Assembly (NCBI GenBank): GCA_004297735.1
Contig: SCTI01000001.1
Span: 190,435-254,434 of the forward strand
DNA length: 64,000 bases
DNA from: Patescibacteria group bacterium
GTDB taxonomy: Bacteria > Patescibacteriota > Saccharimonadia > UBA4664 > SCTI01
Reading direction: 5' to 3'
The position numbers and the translations under genes are program-made. A model generated the notes under the pieces. The model worked only from the letters and a program-made list of their open reading frames with translations. It made no database searches and was not told the DNA's origin. This document shows, in pieces, positions 58,136 to 64,000 of the stretch (its first letter is position 1; every line of letters starts with the position of its first letter).

Positions 58136-59430
58136 CCCCCCTTGTGGCAATTGTTGGTCGACCAAACGTCGGCAAGTCCAGCCTGTTTAATCGCCTGATT
58201 GGGCGCCGGCAGGCAATTACGCATGATGTGGCCGGTACCACTCGCGATGCCAACTATGGCGTGGTCACCTGGAACGGCAAGCACCTCATGCTGGCCGACA
58301 CGGCCGGGCTTCACCCCACCAAAGACGAGCTAGAGCTACGGGCGCAGGACCAGATTACAGAAGTAGCCGAGGTAGCTCAGTTAATCTTGGTGGTAATCGA
58401 CGCCACCACTATGATCACCAACGAAGACCGCCAGGCTGCTCGCCAAGCGCTTAAGACCGGTAAGCCGGTGGTGCTGGCCCTAAATAAGCTGGATGGTGGC
58501 AACCAAAAACCGGTCGACGAGTTTGTACGACTTGGCATTAAGCATCAGGTTGAGGTCTCGGCTATACATGGTCGTGGTACCGGCGACCTGCTAGATGTAC
58601 TGGTTGAGGCGATTGGCGGCACCAATGAGCCGGCCGACGACAATCAGATCCGATTAGCCCTGCTGGGTCGACCAAACGTCGGCAAGTCCAGCCTGCTCAA
58701 CAGCATGGTTGGTAAGCAGCAAGCGATCGTGTCGGCCACCGCCGGTACCACTCGTGATGTCGGTCGAGCCAGTGTACGCTACCACAATCAAGATATTCAA
58801 ATACTCGATACCGCTGGATTGCGCCGACGCGGCAAGATCGAAGGTGGGGTAGAAAAGTACAGCGCCCTGCGCACTCTGGCCGCAATCACTCAAGCCGATG
58901 TCTGCGTTTTGGTTATGGATGCTACCGAGCTAAGCGTAGCCGGCGACCAAAACATTGCCGGCCAGGTACTAGAGGCCGGAAAGGGGCTAATAATTGTGGT
59001 AAATAAGTGGGACGCGGTCGACAAAGAAACCGGCACCCAAGAGGCGCTTACCCGTAAGCTTATGCACGACTTTAGCTTTGCGCACTGGGCGCCGCTGGTT
59101 TATACCTCGGCCACCGAAGGACTAAACGTGGCTAAGCTGTTTGAGCTAACCCGTCAAATCGTTGAGCGAAGAACCACCACCATCCCCACCACTAAGCTTA
59201 ACAAGGTGCTTGGTCAGCTAACCAGCAAGCAGCCGCCAGCAGGGCTTAAAAACCGTCAGCCAAAAATTAAATACGCCGCCCAAACCGACACCAATCCGCC
59301 AACCTTCACTATATTTAGCAGCTACGCCGATTTAATCCACTTTTCGTATAAGCGCTATCTAGAAAATGGCTTACGCGAGGCCTATGACTTTACCGGGACT
59401 CCAATTAAACTAGAGTTTAGGAGTAAGTAA
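58126..59430 (+). CDS. der: Ribosome biogenesis GTPase Der
   Basis: Two GRPNVGKSSL G domains and KH-like C-terminus. Confidence 0.97.
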   Translation: MAVTPLVAIVGRPNVGKSSLFNRLIGRRQAITHDVAGTTRDANYGVVTWNGKHLMLADTAGLHPTKDELELRAQDQITEVAEVAQLILVVIDATTMITNEDRQAARQALKTGKPVVLALNKLDGGNQKPVDEFVRLGIKHQVEVSAIHGRGTGDLLDVLVEAIGGTNEPADDNQIRLALLGRPNVGKSSLLNSMVGKQQAIVSATAGTTRDVGRASVRYHNQDIQILDTAGLRRRGKIEGGVEKYSALRTLAAITQADVCVLVMDATELSVAGDQNIAGQVLEAGKGLIIVVNKWDAVDKETGTQEALTRKLMHDFSFAHWAPLVYTSATEGLNVAKLFELTRQIVERRTTTIPTTKLNKVLGQLTSKQPPAGLKNRQPKIKYAAQTDTNPPTFTIFSSYADLIHFSYKRYLENGLREAYDFTGTPIKLEFRSK

Positions 59431-60003
59431 ATGAAGTTGATCGTCGGTCTTGGTAATGTTGGTCGCCAGTACCATGCCACCCGCCATAATCTAGGCTTTG
59501 ATGTGGTTGAGATGCTGGGGATTACCTTTGGCCATCAGCCAAGTGAGTTTAAAAAGCACAGCAAGGCCACCGCGGAAGTGCTAGACCTTAAACAGTCTCA
59601 TGATTGTATTTTGGTTAAACCTACAACCATGATGAACCTGAGCGGACAAGCGGTAGGTGATTTAGTGCGTTTTTATAAGATTAACCCGGCCGATGTTTGG
59701 CTGATTTATGATGATGTTGATTTGCAGTTTGGGCAAATGCGCATTCGAGTTGGTGGTGGTAGCGCCGGTCACAACGGCGTAAAGTCGGTGATTGAGCATA
59801 TTGGCGATGGTTTTTGGCGCGTTCGACTTGGTGTTGCTAACCAGTTTTTACCTACAACGCCAACCGACGCCTTTGTGCTTAGCCCCTTTATGGCAGACGA
59901 AGCAGCCAAGATACCAACCATTCTTAGACAGACCTCCGATTATCTTGAAGATGCCTTGCTCGATGGGCAGATCGTGGATCACACTCAAAATTTGATTGCC
60001 TGA
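59431..60003 (+). CDS. pth: Peptidyl-tRNA hydrolase
   Basis: LIVGLGN, TRHNLG, MNLSG, GHNGVKS. Confidence 0.96.
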   Translation: MKLIVGLGNVGRQYHATRHNLGFDVVEMLGITFGHQPSEFKKHSKATAEVLDLKQSHDCILVKPTTMMNLSGQAVGDLVRFYKINPADVWLIYDDVDLQFGQMRIRVGGGSAGHNGVKSVIEHIGDGFWRVRLGVANQFLPTTPTDAFVLSPFMADEAAKIPTILRQTSDYLEDALLDGQIVDHTQNLIA

Positions 60004-60047
60004 ACTTAGTTTTAATAATTCCTTAATCTCGGTCTGAGATACTAAAA

Positions 60048-60290
60048 ACCTACCCTTAAACGCGACAAAACCCCATGTCAGGGTAGCGGGAGCTTCCACG
60101 AACACAGGGTTATGTCGCCCTCGAATGCCGCGCTAGATATATGCGATTTGGCGATCTGGCATCAATGGCGAGACCGGGTATTCGAGGGACTGAACTACCT
60201 GCTGAACAACTAAAGGAGGGTGCTTTTGGTTGCCATGCAGGCAGGTCAGTAGGGTTTACTGGTGGAAAGAACAACCCGTTTTAGGGTATG
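60048..60290. ncRNA. Candidate rod-shaped ncRNA (6S-like?)
   Basis: Nested inverted repeats centred on ccctcgaat/attcgaggg; minus-strand TTGACA-17-TATTTT at 60297-60325. Confidence 0.4.
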
Positions 60291-60344
60291 ATTACGAAAA
60301 TATCACACCTTGTTATAAATGTCAATACTTTTTATGCAAACTTT

Positions 60345-61217
60345 ATGAAATATACCATACTCAATTGTGCAGATTCACAGTATCCAGCATTGCTGAAGGA
60401 GACTTCAGATATGCCAAATAAGCTGTATGTTCGGGGCGATCTAAATAGTGGTCGACCCCTGGTTGCGGTTGTGGGCTCTCGTAAACCAACGCCTTATGGA
60501 CTCCAAATGACCGCACGGATTGTGCAAGAATTGGTCGCTGCAGGAATTGGGATTGTGTCTGGGTTAGCATATGGCGTCGACAAACAGGCGCATCGATCGG
60601 CCTTAGACGCTGGTGGCTACACGGTGGCGGTTTTAGGTAACGCAATTGACTCAATTCACCCTAAACCTCATAAAGGTATTGCCGACGAAATATTAGAACA
60701 AGGTGGGGCGGTTATTAGCGAGTACGCCCCAGGCACTTCGACTCAGCCGTTTATGTTTATAGAAAGAAACCGGATTATTGCCGGCCTGTGCATTGGGACG
60801 GTAGTTATTGAGGCCGGTCCACGCAGCGGCAGTTTGACAACGGCTAAACGAACCCTTGATGCCAATCGGAGCGTCATGGCGTTACCGGGACCGACCACCA
60901 GTGAGCTATCAAGTGGCACAAACGCATTGATACGCTCGGGAGCGGTTTTGGTGCGACATGGATTCGACGTGATGGATGAGCTAGGTATTGGCTACTCAAA
61001 AGTGAGTACCTCGCCAAAGCCAGCTGTCGGCGCGCTGGGCGGAGATACGCCGGAAGAAAAGCTTATTATCAAGCTCATCGCTCAAGGAATTTTTGACAGT
61101 CAGCAGTTGATTGAGCGAAGTAAACTGCCAGCAGCCGAGTTTGCTCGAATTATCACCTTAATGGAGATCAGCGGTAAGATCCGTGATAGCGGAAACGGAA
61201 CCTGGACGCTTAGGTAA
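60345..61217 (+). CDS. dprA: DNA-processing protein DprA
   Basis: AVVGSR, VSGLAYGVD, RNRIIAGL, SGSL.TA; C-terminal wHTH. Confidence 0.95.
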   Translation: MKYTILNCADSQYPALLKETSDMPNKLYVRGDLNSGRPLVAVVGSRKPTPYGLQMTARIVQELVAAGIGIVSGLAYGVDKQAHRSALDAGGYTVAVLGNAIDSIHPKPHKGIADEILEQGGAVISEYAPGTSTQPFMFIERNRIIAGLCIGTVVIEAGPRSGSLTTAKRTLDANRSVMALPGPTTSELSSGTNALIRSGAVLVRHGFDVMDELGIGYSKVSTSPKPAVGALGGDTPEEKLIIKLIAQGIFDSQQLIERSKLPAAEFARIITLMEISGKIRDSGNGTWTLR

Positions 61218-62259
61218 TTTTGCGCTGATTAGCATCAATCGGTCTCGCCCTTCGCTCTTCGGACGCCAAAAAACGAACCGTTGTATAGATCAATAGGTTC
61301 ATGACCAGCAGCGGTAGGGCTTCGAGCGATTCGCGGTAAAAGGCAAAAAACTGAGTTATAAAGATGTCGATCAGGACGGCGCGCTGGAGCAAGTCGTAGG
61401 CGCGAGCCCGGTTGTCGCTAAAAATCAAAACGGCACGGGCGGTAATTGCAGCAACCGTTAAGGCACTAATTAGTTCTAGCACGATAACCAGGGGAGGGGC
61501 CTCCAAGACTCCGCCCTGCAACCAAGGCAATAGCGCCAACGCAACCGTTACCACCTCCCAGGTGGTTTTGGCGACAACTCCAGCCACAAACAGCCTCAAC
61601 CCCCAAGCCGCTACAATAAACTTTTGATACCACTTTGTTAGATGGGTGTGCGCTGTGGTCCACCAACTCGGTCGTGGTACCGGTTGAGCGGCGGTAGCCT
61701 CCAGGGCCTGAATTAACGGGTTAACCAGCGGGTGGCTAGGATCGGACTTGCGTAGGTAGCTAAGCGCGTGGCGTTTTTCGGCCTCATCCAGGTCGTGGAT
61801 AACAGCCTCCTCGAGCAAAAACAGGGCGTTGAGCAGGCTCTCTGGCTGATTCAGCCCCCGACGTCGCGACAGCTGCCGAATGGCCATTAGCAGGCCCACA
61901 AACAGTAAATAAATTAAAGCGATGGTGGGCTGAAAGAAGTAGTTGTTGTCTTGGGTGATAAACTTGCCCAACTCATCAATAAAAAGCCCAAAGCCAATTC
62001 CACCCAATATGGCGCCAAAACGTTGCGCTCGATAGCCAAGTACCGAAAACATTAAAATCATGGCGGCCAGCATTAAAAAACCACCCGGTAGCATGTGGGC
62101 AACATGCAGCGTGCGCCCACCAACCTCGGGATAGTTGGTTAAATGAAGATATAGCCTGGTAACTAAAACGGTGGCCACCGACACCACAAAAAACAGCTCG
62201 AGGGTGTCCGCTGCCCGAACGTTTCGATAAAGATGGTTGCGTCGCAATAACGGTCTCAT
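61210..62259 (-). CDS. Integral membrane protein
   Basis: Multiple TMs; 'LHVAHML', 'GLFIDE'. Confidence 0.7.
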   Translation of the reverse strand: MRPLLRRNHLYRNVRAADTLELFFVVSVATVLVTRLYLHLTNYPEVGGRTLHVAHMLPGGFLMLAAMILMFSVLGYRAQRFGAILGGIGFGLFIDELGKFITQDNNYFFQPTIALIYLLFVGLLMAIRQLSRRRGLNQPESLLNALFLLEEAVIHDLDEAEKRHALSYLRKSDPSHPLVNPLIQALEATAAQPVPRPSWWTTAHTHLTKWYQKFIVAAWGLRLFVAGVVAKTTWEVVTVALALLPWLQGGVLEAPPLVIVLELISALTVAAITARAVLIFSDNRARAYDLLQRAVLIDIFITQFFAFYRESLEALPLLVMNLLIYTTVRFLASEERRARPIDANQRKIT

Positions 62260-62321
62260 TAACCTGATTGTACCAAATATTGGCGTTGTCGATTAATCAA
62301 AAAACTAGTAATATAACCTTT

Positions 62322-63287
62322 ATGAGTTTTTGGCAACAGTTACCCCGACCATTTTTTATACTAGCCCCCATGGACGATGTTACCGACACCGTGTTTCGCG
62401 AGGTGGTAGCCCGTACCGGCGCGCCCGACCTTGCCATGACCGAATTTGCCAGCACCGATGGCTTTGTTCACCCCAAGGGTCGAGACAGCGTTGAGCGACG
62501 GCTACAGGTAAACCCTAGCGAAAAACAAGCTGGCGTGCCTTTGGTGGCACAAATCTGGGGCGGTACGCCCGACCACTACTACCAGACCGCCAAGGAGCTG
62601 GCGAGTCGCGGCGATTTTGTGGGCATCGATATTAATATGGGCTGCCCCGAAAAGGGGATTGTACGGCGGGGCTGTTGCGGTGGGCTGATTGAGCGCCCCG
62701 AAGTAGCGGCCGAGATTATTGCTGCTACCAAAGCTGGAGCTGGCAATTTGCCGGTTAGCGTTAAAACCCGAATTGGCTTGCGCACCATCATTACCGAGGA
62801 GTGGATTAGCCATTTGCTGCGGCAAAACCTAGCCGCCCTCACCGTTCACGGACGCACCGTTAAAGAAATGAGCAAGGTTCCAGCCCACTGGGACGAGATC
62901 GGCAAGGTGGTGGAGCCGCGCGATCAAATCGCTCCTGATACCCTGATTATTGGCAACGGCGATGTGCGCGATCGTGAGCACGGACTGGAATTAATTGATA
63001 AGTACAAGCTCGACGGCATCATGCTTGGCCGTGGCATTTTTCATGACATCCAAGCCTTTGGCCAGCAGCCGGTCGAACTAACGCCCAAGCAGCGGATCGA
63101 CCTACTTAATCGCCATTTTGATCTGTACGATAAAACCTGGGGCCACACCAAGCGGTTTGACCCAATGAAGAAGTTCGCCAAGGTTTACATCAGCGAGTTC
63201 CCGGGTGCGGCCGAGCTGCGAGCCAGAGTCATGGAAACCAAATCAATTAGTGAAGCCAAGCAGGTTTTGGCTGATTCGGACATTTAG
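62322..63287 (+). CDS. dus: tRNA-dihydrouridine synthase
   Basis: LAPM, INMGCP, SVKTR, VHGRT, GNGD. Confidence 0.93.
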   Translation: MSFWQQLPRPFFILAPMDDVTDTVFREVVARTGAPDLAMTEFASTDGFVHPKGRDSVERRLQVNPSEKQAGVPLVAQIWGGTPDHYYQTAKELASRGDFVGIDINMGCPEKGIVRRGCCGGLIERPEVAAEIIAATKAGAGNLPVSVKTRIGLRTIITEEWISHLLRQNLAALTVHGRTVKEMSKVPAHWDEIGKVVEPRDQIAPDTLIIGNGDVRDREHGLELIDKYKLDGIMLGRGIFHDIQAFGQQPVELTPKQRIDLLNRHFDLYDKTWGHTKRFDPMKKFAKVYISEFPGAAELRARVMETKSISEAKQVLADSDI

Positions 63288-63364
63288 GTAAATCCTTTGA
63301 ATTGACGAAACTCGAGTAGTCATATAACATTTCATCATCCTTTCAAGCTACCCCGTGAGGGGAG

Positions 63365-63775
63365 GTGGACGTACCAATGCGACTGATTGGCCATACGGCT
63401 CCTTGGACCGAGATCCGTGGATACGACGGACCGCTTGTCGAATTCCAAAGCGGACCAAACCGACGCGCGAAGAGTCGGCAAGAAGACCCTGGTCTCAAGA
63501 CCTGGCTAGAGGTCATTCAAGTAGAGGTCATAATCCTCCCTAGACAGCCTTACTACTTCGGCTTTCGACTGTCCTATGGTCCTGATCAAAAGACCATCTA
63601 TCGATTCGAGAGGCAGCTGAAAGAGCAGTTCATTGCCCCGAGGCTTGGCCCTGAAAGATTGATTGGCGTGATAATGCCGGTCAGCCCGATAGTGTTGCCT
63701 TCAAAACTTGAGGCTCATCCGCGCATGGTGCTTCACATTGACGACCACCGCTACCCGAACCTTCTCGTGCCCTAA
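63365..63775 (+). CDS. Hypothetical protein (orphan accessory gene)
   Basis: TTGACG-17-TATAAC promoter at 63302-63330; GGAGG SD; downstream hairpin 63779-63800. Confidence 0.6.
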   Translation: MDVPMRLIGHTAPWTEIRGYDGPLVEFQSGPNRRAKSRQEDPGLKTWLEVIQVEVIILPRQPYYFGFRLSYGPDQKTIYRFERQLKEQFIAPRLGPERLIGVIMPVSPIVLPSKLEAHPRMVLHIDDHRYPNLLVP

Positions 63776-63901
63776 GAAAGCCCCGCCTTCGAGCGGGGCT
63801 GAAGTTATTTTAAGAAAGTGGGCGCGACAAAAGAATTTGTTAATCTTTGGTCTTTATACTCAAGAACGCTTAGCAGCAAACCCAACTAAAGGCGGTGAAG
63901 T

Positions 63902-64000
63902 ATGGCTAAGCGTACCTTTTGGCTATCGGCTGCGATATTGATGTGTCTAGGGGGCATCATTAATACCGCAGCAGCAACAGCGACCGAAAAGGTCTACCAG
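63902..64000 (+). CDS. Secreted protein, truncated by the window edge
   Basis: MAKRTFWLSAAILMCLGGIINTAAAT.. signal peptide; frame open to the end. Confidence 0.55.
   Translation, partial: MAKRTFWLSAAILMCLGGIINTAAATATEKVYQ

Overview
This window looks like a chromosomal segment of a small-genome bacterium, most likely Patescibacteria/CPR (Saccharibacteria-like). That placement is inferred from gene content: dense housekeeping genes, sortase, PKD/PEGA surface proteins, a type IV pilin and no biosynthetic operons. Recognisable core genes include ybaB-recR-DHH-cysS, msrA, typA, mpg, nfo, mreB, gltX, der, pth, dprA, dus and three tRNAs (Gln-TTG, Leu-CAA, Glu-CTC), plus a clear heliorhodopsin. The most notable region is a ~5.4 kb minus-strand island (48590-53993) downstream of tRNA-Glu. 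It holds a divergent retron-type reverse transcriptase preceded by a ~380-nt self-closing structured RNA, and a second ~400-nt pseudoknotted RNA with its own promoter and terminator. It also holds four orphan ORFs, and every gene ends in one of two repeated 3' elements (order A,A,B,A,B), giving a cassette-like array with no integrase. Other unannotated signals are a DUF3800 gene with a convergent small RNA, a duplicated methyltransferase tail plus terminator behind a pilin, further sRNA candidates, a shared palindrome before two heptad-repeat genes, and apparent gene conversion inside der. All RNA folds and promoters were read by eye and need computational confirmation.
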